IMG/VR virus record: IMGVR_UViG_3300046616_000175
Strand: one strand, 5' to 3'
DNA from: an uncultured virus (IMG/VR IMGVR_UViG_3300046616_000175)
Lineage: Duplodnaviria > Heunggongvirae > Uroviricota > Caudoviricetes
DNA: 64,000 nt
The position numbers were made by a program, and so were the translations under genes. This document shows positions 9,976 to 18,356 of the stretch, one piece after another; the stretch's first letter is position 1, and each line of letters starts with the position of its first letter. The notes under the pieces are model-generated. The model made no database searches. It was given only the letters and a program-made list of their open reading frames with translations, and was not told where the DNA came from.

Positions 9976-10227
9976 GTGTTCTACCGCCGGAAGCGGGCGC
10001 GGGTCACTCCCTCGCTGGACGAAATCTACGCACTGTGGGCGGAAGCGGACGCATGGGCGTGTATCTACTGCGGGGCACCGTGGGAGCACGTTGAACACTT
10101 CGTACCGCTGGCACGTAGTGGAGTGGACGCTTTGGGCAATCTGTGGCCAGCGTGCGCGGAGTGCAACCGCGTGAAAGCGGACCGTGACCCCTGGGAGTAC
10201 CTTCGGTCACTCGGCGTGTCGGCGTAG
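9976..10227 (+). CDS. HNH endonuclease
   Basis: CIYCG..EHFVPLARSG...CAECN; homolog 48666. Confidence 0.85.
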   Translation: MFYRRKRARVTPSLDEIYALWAEADAWACIYCGAPWEHVEHFVPLARSGVDALGNLWPACAECNRVKADRDPWEYLRSLGVSA

Positions 10228-10629
10228 TCACTGGGTAAATTTACCCACCATCGTTTACCGAATCTTGATTCTGACGCTCTGTCGCACCTCCGTAACCGTG
10301 TTACCGAAGGTAGGTGCACATCCCACGAACTCCCAACCTTCGATCTTGCGCGAGAGATCGATTCCACGGCATTGATGTACAGGCTGTGAAGATCGCTACC
10401 CCCAGGTAGTCACTTGCGTCACCCCTTCCCCACAGAGTGTTCACAGGCATACGTTCCGGCCATCGAACGACGGCGCGAACTGGCCACAGCCCCGTCAGGA
10501 GACAACACCTCCTCGGCGGGGCACTTTCATGCCCTGAAACACGTGTGACCTGGTTCACACGCTTGGCCGCTCCGCTCAGGAAGTGCTTGATCCCCAGCAC
10601 TCATGAACCTGAGAAACGGAGCAAAACTC

Positions 10630-11424
10630 ATGATCAACATCACCGTTGAGCAGATCAGCGCCGCAGCCGACAACGACCTGAACGCCATCACCGAGGTACT
10701 TGCCGCGCTTGAGCCCCGCATCGGGCAGCTTGCCTACAAGCACTCGACCAACGCCGACATGGCGGAGGACATGGCGCAGATTGGCCGGATCCGCGCTTGG
10801 AAGTGCCTCGAGACCTTCCAGGGCAGCACGGTCGGTGAGTTCTTCGCGTACGTCGACAAGTACGTGAGCGGCGACATGAGCGCCCACCGGCGTACCGAGA
10901 CGCGCCAGGGCGTGAGCCCCTCGACGGCCAGCCGGTTTGAGCGCTGCCTGTCGGAGTGCGGAGGTGACCCGTACGCCGCTGAGCGTGAAGCCACCCGCAC
11001 GGACGGGATCCTTGGCCGCGAGGCGCTGTCTCAGGACATGGCAAACGCTGCGCGGCTGTCGTGGCAGGGCTCCGCGTACCTCGACGGCCCGGCCACCGCC
11101 GACGGAATCTCGCTGGGCGACTTGCTCGCTGACACGCTGGGGGTGCCTGTAGACCTGCTGGAGGCCGCTGACATCGATCGTGAGCGCCGTCGGGTCATCA
11201 GGGACCAGGTGCACGCCACACTGGCTCGTATGGGCCGTCAGCAGGCTTTCGTGCTCCGCGCTACCTACGGGATCGAGCCGGTCCCCCACATGGAACGCGA
11301 CAGCGAGATAGCGGAGGCGCTGGGAATCCTCGACTCCCGCGTCACCGTGATCCGCCACAAGGCCAAGGCGCGGTTCCGTGAGCTCTACCTGATCGGCGCG
11401 AACGCGTTCGAGATCGCCGCGTAA
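10630..11424 (+). CDS. Phage sigma-factor-like transcription activator
   Basis: Region-2-like AEDMAQIG..W and C-terminal HTH (EIAEALGI..SRV); follows DNA pol as in phiC31. Confidence 0.75.
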   Translation: MINITVEQISAAADNDLNAITEVLAALEPRIGQLAYKHSTNADMAEDMAQIGRIRAWKCLETFQGSTVGEFFAYVDKYVSGDMSAHRRTETRQGVSPSTASRFERCLSECGGDPYAAEREATRTDGILGREALSQDMANAARLSWQGSAYLDGPATADGISLGDLLADTLGVPVDLLEAADIDRERRRVIRDQVHATLARMGRQQAFVLRATYGIEPVPHMERDSEIAEALGILDSRVTVIRHKAKARFRELYLIGANAFEIAA

Positions 11425-11457
11425 CTCCCCCTACCCCAACCAACGAGAGGCACGGCC

Positions 11458-11655
11458 ATGATCTACAAGCTTGCGAACGGCTACCGCGTCCGCGTCACCC
11501 CTCGCGGCGAGGGAACCGAATTCGAGACCCGCAACGCCACTGGCGAGACGATAAGCACGGTCGTTCACTACGGCGTCGAGGCTGCGCGCATGGTGCACTC
11601 CCTGAGAATCGCCGACGGAATGCGATTCGGCAGGGGAGTCACTGCGCGCGCCTAG
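11458..11655 (+). CDS. Hypothetical protein
   Basis: Positional and weak sequence homolog at 50314-50490. Confidence 0.7.
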   Translation: MIYKLANGYRVRVTPRGEGTEFETRNATGETISTVVHYGVEAARMVHSLRIADGMRFGRGVTARA

Positions 11656-11792
11656 CGTCACAGCGGGGGCAGCGGGGGACCGGACGGGCGCATGCCCCAA
11701 CCTCCCTCGCTGTCCCGTTCAAGCATTTAACGTTGACTGCTTTTCCGTGACCGTCGGGCTACGCCTATCCACCTAGGGAAGTGAGTTTCGCA

Positions 11793-11933
11793 ATGATGGA
11801 CATGTTCAGTGCGGCGCGTCGACTTGCCTCGCAATGGCGCGAGGTATTCGAGGCCCTAGTGGCCGAAGGCTTCACCGAGGAGCAGGCGATGCGCATGCTG
11901 CTGGTAATGATGGGGACGCCAATCAATGGCTGA
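11793..11933 (+). CDS. Small hypothetical protein
   Basis: Own translation: MMDMFSAARR...EGFTEEQAMRM. Confidence 0.55.
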   Translation: MMDMFSAARRLASQWREVFEALVAEGFTEEQAMRMLLVMMGTPING

Positions 11934-12267
11934 TCTCAGCGGCGTAAAGCCCGGTGACATTCTCGTAATGAGCGGCGCGAATATGCGTGGTCGGCATGAG
12001 AACGTGACCGTTTCCCGTGTGGGGCGCAAGTACGTCTACGTGATGACCTACGGCCGCGAATCCAAATTCCACATGGCCACCGGCGTGGCCGCCGACAACT
12101 ACGGACACACATCCCTCCGCACTCCCGAGCAAGTGATCAGAGATGCGCGACGAACCGCACTACTGATCGAGATCAAAGAGCACGGCTTTCAGCCCGCCGA
12201 GTTTCGCGCCTCGCGCATAACAAACGAGACGCTGGAGCGGGTCGCCGCCGTCCTCCGCAGTGAGTAA
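11926..12267 (+). CDS. Hypothetical protein
   Basis: Overlaps previous ORF; stop lies in operator. Confidence 0.7.
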   Translation: MADLSGVKPGDILVMSGANMRGRHENVTVSRVGRKYVYVMTYGRESKFHMATGVAADNYGHTSLRTPEQVIRDARRTALLIEIKEHGFQPAEFRASRITNETLERVAAVLRSE

Positions 12268-12292
12268 ATTTACCCACCAGAAAGGCTCCACA

Positions 12293-12475
12293 TTGAGGCT
12301 CAAGTCCCTCGCCCTTGTCATCCCCGCGCTGTTGCTTGCGGCTGCATGTGCGCCGACTGACTGTGACGGGGGAGTGGTCGCGCCGCATCACCATACGACC
12401 GTGACCCACCATCACGTCGTGACCCACCGGCACGTCGTTGTCCGCCGCTCGCGCTCGCTGTCCAAGCGTCGGTAG
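12293..12475 (+). CDS. Small lipoprotein with His/Arg-rich tail
   Basis: Signal peptide with lipobox LAAAC. Confidence 0.6.
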   Translation: MRLKSLALVIPALLLAAACAPTDCDGGVVAPHHHTTVTHHHVVTHRHVVVRRSRSLSKRR

Positions 12476-12571
12476 CGGGTAGTTTTACCCACTGGGCCCG
12501 TTGCTTCGCTTGACTCGCGAGGTGACGGGCCCTTAGCTTGTGCTCGGTACATGAGCGAAGGAGGGGACGGG

Positions 12572-13282
12572 ATGAGCGGCTACGCCGACGGAGACCGGGT
12601 CGAATATGTCGGCAACGTCGTCGAGGTAAAGGGCGCGTCCGGCACCATCAAGGGAGCGGGATCCGCCGACGGCCGGTACATCGTCGAGTTCGATTTCGGC
12701 GCCGTCCTTGACATGTGCGGTAGTGTGCTGCATGCAGCAGAGATCGAGGGAGAGGCAGAGCCCATGGCACGCAAAACGGTGGTCACGCACCCCGACGGAA
12801 CACAGTCGACGCGCAACAGCGCGAACAACATCTACACGTACGCGGTTGAGCAGCGCGAGGATATGTGGGCCACGGCCAAGCTGCATCGCCAGCAGGCAGA
12901 GGCTCACCGCGAAGAGAAAGCTCGGTTCATCGCCGCCGTGCGTGCTGGCCGGATCGCCGTGCGCGCGGACTCTAACCATTTCGATTCGATTTACCTGCTG
13001 GGCGAGGGGGAAGAATGGTGGCTTGGGGGTGACTACGCCAGCCGGAACGGTGAGCCCCTCGACCGTAAGGCGGCTATCCGTGAGTGGCTGGCCAACGCTG
13101 ACCGGCTGGCCGGAATCTTTGACCGTGACGCTGACAAGGCGGAGGCCGGTCCGCAGTATGCCTACGGCGTGATGCGCTGGTCACAGAGCTACGACAACGC
13201 GCACAAGGGCATGCGCGAGTTTGAGGGCCGCACCTTCCCTACCAGCACGTTTCGGGTTGTACTGGCGGAGGCGGCGGAGTGA
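12572..13282 (+). CDS. Cassette gene, hypothetical (second in-frame start at 12764)
   Basis: RBS AGGAGGGG; preceded by operator and promoter. Confidence 0.7.
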   Translation: MSGYADGDRVEYVGNVVEVKGASGTIKGAGSADGRYIVEFDFGAVLDMCGSVLHAAEIEGEAEPMARKTVVTHPDGTQSTRNSANNIYTYAVEQREDMWATAKLHRQQAEAHREEKARFIAAVRAGRIAVRADSNHFDSIYLLGEGEEWWLGGDYASRNGEPLDRKAAIREWLANADRLAGIFDRDADKAEAGPQYAYGVMRWSQSYDNAHKGMREFEGRTFPTSTFRVVLAEAAE

Positions 13283-13373
13283 CCGGGTAAATTTACCCAC
13301 TGAGGGGCTTGCGTCGACCGCGCGAGCCCCTTTAGGTTGTCCCCGTAAGCACGAAACAACGAAGGGGCCGAAC

Positions 13374-13877
13374 ATGAACGCGACGCAGACCCGGGCACGC
13401 TGGACCACCATCAACGGCATGCGCACGCTCGCGTTCAACGGCGAGACGGATGAGCAGGCGGCAGCGCGCTACGCCCGGAACGATGCGCGACAGAACGACA
13501 TCGACACGCCGGGCTACTACACCACGGAGGATGACAGCATGAGCGAGGCGCAGCCGGAGGGTAACGGCGACAGCGAGACGGCGTGGGTGCCGGTCGGGCG
13601 CGGTAAGTGGAATGAAAAGCGCGGGCAGGAAATCGAGCTCACGTGGGGCGAGGTCTGGACGATCCACCAACTGTTCAGCGCGTACCGGAACCTCCGCCGG
13701 GGTGGCTTCCTGCCCAAGGCCATGCAGGTGCTCGCGGAGCTCAGGGACAAGGGTTTCGGGCTGGAGCACCATGAGTACCGGGACGTGACCAACTGGGTAG
13801 ACGGCGAGGGGAGCAAGGCTGCGAAGGAGCGAGGCATGCGGGCAGTCGAGGAATGGCGCGCCACGCAAGGGCGGTAA
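13374..13877 (+). CDS. Cassette gene, hypothetical (second in-frame start at 13539)
   Basis: RBS AAGGGG; preceded by operator and promoter. Confidence 0.75.
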   Translation: MNATQTRARWTTINGMRTLAFNGETDEQAAARYARNDARQNDIDTPGYYTTEDDSMSEAQPEGNGDSETAWVPVGRGKWNEKRGQEIELTWGEVWTIHQLFSAYRNLRRGGFLPKAMQVLAELRDKGFGLEHHEYRDVTNWVDGEGSKAAKERGMRAVEEWRATQGR

Positions 13878-13959
13878 ATTTACCCACTGAGGGGCTTGCG
13901 CCGAGTGCGCAGGCCCCTTTAGGTTGTCCCCATAAGGTCGAGACGTTGAAGGGTTGAAC

Positions 13960-14553
13960 ATGATCACCAAGGGCAGCACGGTCACCGCGCACACCGGGTC
14001 CACCAAGACTCACACTTACCGACTGGTTACCGGCACCGTGGTTGGCTTTGAGCCCCGCATGATCACCTCGACGCACTACGTCCTTGAGTACGTGATCCAG
14101 GATGCCGAGGGGAACCTCTACCGCGAAAGCCTTGGCCGCCTGACGGAGGTTGAGACGCCGGAGCCAGCCAAGGCGCCGGAGGCTCCGCAGCCCCGTTCGA
14201 TCCGGTTCGAGTCGGTCACCTGCTACCGGTGCGAGGGGGAGCGCCGGAATCCCGCGTGGGGCAAGGTCGGCGGTGGGTGGTGCTTCCAGTGCGGCGGGGC
14301 TGGGTGGCTCCGCACGCAGGCTGGCAAAGAGGCAGAGGCCGCGTATGAGCGACTGCGGGACGAGAGGCTCGGAGCCCGCGTCGGGGATATCGCCGTCGGC
14401 GAGGTGTTCAAGCTCAACGGAAAGTTTTACGAGAAAACGGAGCGGACGCGCCTTCACGCTGACTACCCGGTGCACCGCCACCACGGCGCCACCACCCGGC
14501 AGATATGGCGGGAGATCGCGGCGCGGTACAAGGGTGCGACGCTGGTCTACTAG
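13960..14553 (+). CDS. Cassette gene with CxxC...CxxCxGxG zinc finger
   Basis: CYRC...CFQCGGAG. Confidence 0.75.
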   Translation: MITKGSTVTAHTGSTKTHTYRLVTGTVVGFEPRMITSTHYVLEYVIQDAEGNLYRESLGRLTEVETPEPAKAPEAPQPRSIRFESVTCYRCEGERRNPAWGKVGGGWCFQCGGAGWLRTQAGKEAEAAYERLRDERLGARVGDIAVGEVFKLNGKFYEKTERTRLHADYPVHRHHGATTRQIWREIAARYKGATLVY

Positions 14554-14587
14554 GCAGTCGGCGGCTAGCGGGTAAATTTACCCACTG

Positions 14588-14620
14588 AGGGGCTCACGTC
14601 TACGGATGTGAGCCCCTTTT
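14588..14620 (+). terminator. Terminator ending cassette array
   Basis: AGGGGCTCAC...GTGAGCCCCT-TTT. Confidence 0.75.
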
Positions 14621-14785
14621 GTCTGGGTGGTAAGTTACCGTTCGGTATTGCCGAACGTTGTCTGTAGCAAACGACTTGGTGAAGATTTGACAATCATGGC
14701 CACACCTGCTCTGACCTGGCCGTTTCACGGCTGCTTCACATAGTGAGGAATATGTGTGCGCGCGGCACCTTAACGAAGTCTTAAC

Positions 14786-15346
14786 GTGGAACCTCGAACT
14801 CCACTTGAGTGCTCCATAGGCACTGAGAGACAGGCTCCGCATGACATGGTCCCTACAGTCGACATCCATATTGAGGTGCGGAGCGCGCAAGCCAATTGGC
14901 ACTGGTCGGCGTACTCACGGCGTCCCGCTGAAGAGTTCATCTACAACCGGCCGGAGCTGCTGAAGGTGCTGCGCGTCTACGGCGTATGGGCCAGCCGGAT
15001 GACCAGCGGCGCGCACGTGCGGGTCACAGCGCGAGGGAGGTTCTCCGGCCGCTGGCTCGCTGAGTGGCAGTGGATCGGCGGGCAGCCATGGGGCGAACCC
15101 TGGGTCCACGTCCCGGCGTGGCACACCCTGAGCCTTGGTGCCCAACTCGCGATCCCGCGCTACGAGGAACACGATGATCACCGGCTGGTCGACACCGGCG
15201 CCACGGACGTGAGCACACTCCGACTGGAGCCGATCACCGACGACATGGCGCCACCGGACCAGGGCCCACACGTGCGCCATAAAGAAGACGTCCCGCACGA
15301 GGGGTCCTTGCCCGATCTGTACGGCCTCCCGCCGCTGACTGCCTAG
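14786..15346 (+). CDS. Conserved hypothetical protein (start uncertain)
   Basis: Homolog 56860-57468; shared C-terminus KEDVPHE..LPDLYGLPP. Confidence 0.75.
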   Translation: MEPRTPLECSIGTERQAPHDMVPTVDIHIEVRSAQANWHWSAYSRRPAEEFIYNRPELLKVLRVYGVWASRMTSGAHVRVTARGRFSGRWLAEWQWIGGQPWGEPWVHVPAWHTLSLGAQLAIPRYEEHDDHRLVDTGATDVSTLRLEPITDDMAPPDQGPHVRHKEDVPHEGSLPDLYGLPPLTA

Positions 15347-15468
15347 ACCCCCGTCGAGGGGCTGTAGGGGCCCTCAGAGGCTCCGTGAGGGCGTGGGGGA
15401 GCGGTTACCCGTAGAGGCCGCTACGGGGCCACAGAGAGGCGCCTAGGGCGCCCGGTAGGCTCGCCTGT

Positions 15469-15687
15469 ATGGATGACGAGATGGACGTAATCAGCCCGCC
15501 CAAGATCAAGAATTTCAGCGACACGGCGGAGCTGCTGGCCAAGCTGGAAGGCAGGGCCGCAATGTGGGAGCGCGTAGCACGGGAGAACAAGGAACGCGCC
15601 GAGGAATTCGAACGCGCCGCCCAAGAGATCAGGAACGGTGCATCAACCGTGGTCGTAGGGCGTACAACCTACGTGTTGGGGGAGTAG
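15469..15687 (+). CDS. Conserved small coiled-coil protein, probably leaderless
   Basis: Near-identical to 57585-57827; TAGGCT 7 nt before ATG. Confidence 0.85.
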   Translation: MDDEMDVISPPKIKNFSDTAELLAKLEGRAAMWERVARENKERAEEFERAAQEIRNGASTVVVGRTTYVLGE

Positions 15688-15745
15688 CCTGATTCAACTA
15701 GTCCGGTAACGGACCGGACCTGACGTCCAGTTAGGACAACCGAAA

Positions 15746-15976
15746 ATGACCCAAGCGGACAGCGCTCGCGCGCTGCGAATGTCGCTTGACCTTGAGCCTA
15801 CGGGTGACGGGCAAGCGAAGATCGTTTCCCCGGAATCGTGGGCTCGCTGCATTCTGTGCAGTGGACCGGCTGAAACCCTCGTAGTGATCGCTTCCTATGA
15901 GTCCGCGTCGAATTCCGGCGTACTCAAGGGGTGCGGGTATTGCGCCTCGCTACTCGGCAAGCGGGTGGCGGCATGA
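15746..15976 (+). CDS. Conserved small Cys protein
   Basis: CxxC pairs; homolog 57891-58121. Confidence 0.75.
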   Translation: MTQADSARALRMSLDLEPTGDGQAKIVSPESWARCILCSGPAETLVVIASYESASNSGVLKGCGYCASLLGKRVAA

Positions 15977-16185
15977 GTGCCGGAACGGGGCCAACGGTGC
16001 CCAGCACGGGCTACCTGGCAACGTGGGTGGCGTACACGCGTCACGTGACCCCCAAGGAAGGGACGGGGGAACCGTGCCCCATCTGCATCGGCGCTGAGAG
16101 CCCTGGCAAGGGTTGCGAAACCGGCGCAGCCCTGTACGGCGCCTACCGGCTGGCCCGGATCGGCAAGCCCCTAGCGGCGAGCTGA
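15973..16185 (+). CDS. Conserved small His/Cys protein
   Basis: Homolog 58285-58491. Confidence 0.7.
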   Translation: MSAGTGPTVPSTGYLATWVAYTRHVTPKEGTGEPCPICIGAESPGKGCETGAALYGAYRLARIGKPLAAS

Positions 16186-16332
16186 GCGCTCCACATGGCA
16201 AGCGGGTCCCGGGAAGTCCATAGCATCCCGGGACCCGCCACGCCACCGTAAGCCCCGATCGGCATCCTCGCCTGTCGGGGCTTTCTGCTGGTCCCTGCCT
16301 TGGCCGGTGGGCGAGGGAGCTATGCTGCCGCC

Positions 16333-16536
16333 ATGATCACTAGATACGCAGTAACCAGGGTCCCGAGCACGGGTAGTTGGGGCATCCTCGACCGACACAT
16401 GCGAGCGTTCTGCACGCTGGCAGGCGAGGCGCTGGAGTGGACAGCGCAAGCGGGCGCGGAGTCATGGATGTACCGGTGCCGCGTCGCATGGCGCAGTGAG
16501 TTCGTACCGGCGCCGGACGGGTGGAACGGCCGCTAG
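16333..16536 (+). CDS. Hypothetical protein, probably leaderless
   Basis: TATGCT 6 nt before ATG. Confidence 0.6.
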   Translation: MITRYAVTRVPSTGSWGILDRHMRAFCTLAGEALEWTAQAGAESWMYRCRVAWRSEFVPAPDGWNGR

Positions 16537-16541
16537 GGGTG

Positions 16542-16595
16542 CATGTCCTCAAGAGTGGACACGTTCCTGGGAACGCGGCTAGCCTTGAGGACATG
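16542..16595. other. attP of phage A (54 bp, central TG at 16568-16569)
   Basis: CATGTCCTCAAG/CTTGAGGACATG arms, inner GTTCC-TG-GGAAC, abuts integrase start. Confidence 0.85.
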
Positions 16596-17993
16596 AGAAC
16601 CTCCACCGGCACCACCGGACGCACCCAAGTAGCGATCTACATCCGACTCAGCCGCGAGACCGCCGAATCGGCCTCCGTCGACACCCAGCGCGCCGCAGCG
16701 CTTACCTGGCTCAAGGCCAACGGTTTTGCCGACGCCGACATAACAGAGTACGTCGATTCCGGAGTATCCGGCGCTAAGGCGCTGGAGGACCGACAGCGGA
16801 TGCGTCAGCTAATGCGCGACCGGCCCAACGTGATCATTGCGTGGAAACTCGACCGGTACGCCCGCAGCGTGAGCGAATTCCTCCGGCTGGTCGGGTGGGG
16901 CGAGGCTCACAATGTGCGCTTGGCCACCACAGACAATGTCGTGAACACGACGACTCCCACCGGGCGCATGGTCGCGGTTGTTCTCGCCGCACTGGCCGAA
17001 TGGGAACGCGAAATGATTAAAGGCCGAATTCTCGACGGTCACGCCACCCGACGCACACAAGGACGCTGGATATCCGGCAATGCTCCATTCGGATACCGAA
17101 TTGAGCGGCGAGACGGAGCGGCGTATCTCGCCATTGATGAGGAGCAGGCAGAGCAAGTTCGCGCCGCCGTACGCTCACTCATCAACGATGACGACGGCAC
17201 GGTAGCCAGCACATCGCGCATGCTCGGAATTGGTGAGCGACAGTGGCGACGCATGCTCAAGTCCCCCAATCTCCGGGGACAGCGCGAGCACAAAGGCCAA
17301 TTGATCGTGGCGGAGGACGGGATTACGCCGGTCCATTTCGCGGAGCCCATCATCACAGCGGCGGAAGCCAAGGCCGTACGCGAGCGGCTGAACGCGCTGG
17401 CGACCGGCAAGGACCGTGCGCCGCGCAAGGCTGCCCCTCTGTGCGCTGGCCTGGCTTTCTGCGCCGTCTGTGACGGGCGAGTGAACGGCGGAAAGCTCCG
17501 CAATGGCGTAGCCCGCTACCGGTGCAAGACCGGCCACGTATCCATCACTGCCGAGCACGTAGACCGCGCGGTCGAGGCTGAATTCAGGAAGCGTTTCGGG
17601 TTGGTCGATGAATACGTCGTGCGGCTGGAGGGTGGCAACGACATGAGCGAGGCAATGGCGGAAGCACAGGAGAAAGCGGACCGCATCGCGACACAGATGG
17701 CTTCGGCCGGTCCGCTCATGCTGGCCACGCTCAACGAGAAAGCGGCCGAGCTGGAGGCCGCGTACGCCGCTCTAAAGGCCGCGCATGACCCTGACGTACG
17801 GGAAGTGCTGGAGCCGACCGGCAGGACGCTGGGGGAGGCGTGGGACAGCGACCCGGGGGTACGTACGGGCCTACTGGGGGACCTAGGCCTGACAGTCGTG
17901 GTGTCGACCAAGGCGCACGCGGAGCGGCTGGAGATCAGTTGGGCCAGCGGCGGGGAGGACTACGCGCTGACTGAATACCTTGAGGACATGTGA
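16593..17993 (+). CDS. int: Large serine integrase
   Basis: YIRLS catalytic motif, DSGVSG, WKLDR, LAEWERE, CAVC Zn ribbon. Confidence 0.95.
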   Translation: MRTSTGTTGRTQVAIYIRLSRETAESASVDTQRAAALTWLKANGFADADITEYVDSGVSGAKALEDRQRMRQLMRDRPNVIIAWKLDRYARSVSEFLRLVGWGEAHNVRLATTDNVVNTTTPTGRMVAVVLAALAEWEREMIKGRILDGHATRRTQGRWISGNAPFGYRIERRDGAAYLAIDEEQAEQVRAAVRSLINDDDGTVASTSRMLGIGERQWRRMLKSPNLRGQREHKGQLIVAEDGITPVHFAEPIITAAEAKAVRERLNALATGKDRAPRKAAPLCAGLAFCAVCDGRVNGGKLRNGVARYRCKTGHVSITAEHVDRAVEAEFRKRFGLVDEYVVRLEGGNDMSEAMAEAQEKADRIATQMASAGPLMLATLNEKAAELEAAYAALKAAHDPDVREVLEPTGRTLGEAWDSDPGVRTGLLGDLGLTVVVSTKAHAERLEISWASGGEDYALTEYLEDM

Positions 17994-18020
17994 CCCGCAC
18001 CACTTAGGTGAACCTAACCA

Positions 18021-18058
18021 AGGCCCCGGTGACCACAACGGATACCGGGGCTTTCTCA
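18021..18058 (+). terminator. Terminator after integrase
   Basis: AGGCCCCGGT...ACCGGGGCTT followed by TCTC. Confidence 0.65.
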
Positions 18059-18070
18059 TGCGCCCACAAA

Positions 18071-18096
18071 GTTATCCACAGGCGCCTGTGGATAAC
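18071..18096. promoter_or_regulatory. Inverted pair of DnaA boxes
   Basis: TTATCCACA and TGTGGATAA within a perfect 26-bp palindrome. Confidence 0.6.
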
Positions 18097-18161
18097 TCCG
18101 TCACGGCAGGTGGTGAAACGGCGCGATGCGCAACGCTCTGACCAGCGGGAATGCCGACCGC

Positions 18162-18250
18162 GTGACGGTTGAGCCCCCGGTCTCTGTTACTTGGTTATGT
18201 ACGTAACAGCAATACAGAACTCAGACCCCGAAACACCACTACCGCCACGG
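18162..18250. other. Degenerate second copy of origin-like element (A, copy 2)
   Basis: AGCAATACAGAA...GACCCC...CACCACTA.CGCCACGG matches 204-245. Confidence 0.5.
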
Positions 18251-18356
18251 CGGACCCCTTGCGCTGTACCGACAAGCCTTTGCCAATCCGTTACGTAGCA
18301 CCTCTTGCTTTTCCCGCGTGATCCGTCTCGCGGAGGGTGTGTCCGACACCTAGTAA

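Noticed and set aside
18318..18345. GTGATCCGTCTCGCGGAGGGTGTGTCCG as a solitary type I-E repeat (RNA anti-CRISPR)
   Set aside because: Only a 4-bp stem, overlaps the promoter motif, and no counterpart in phage B
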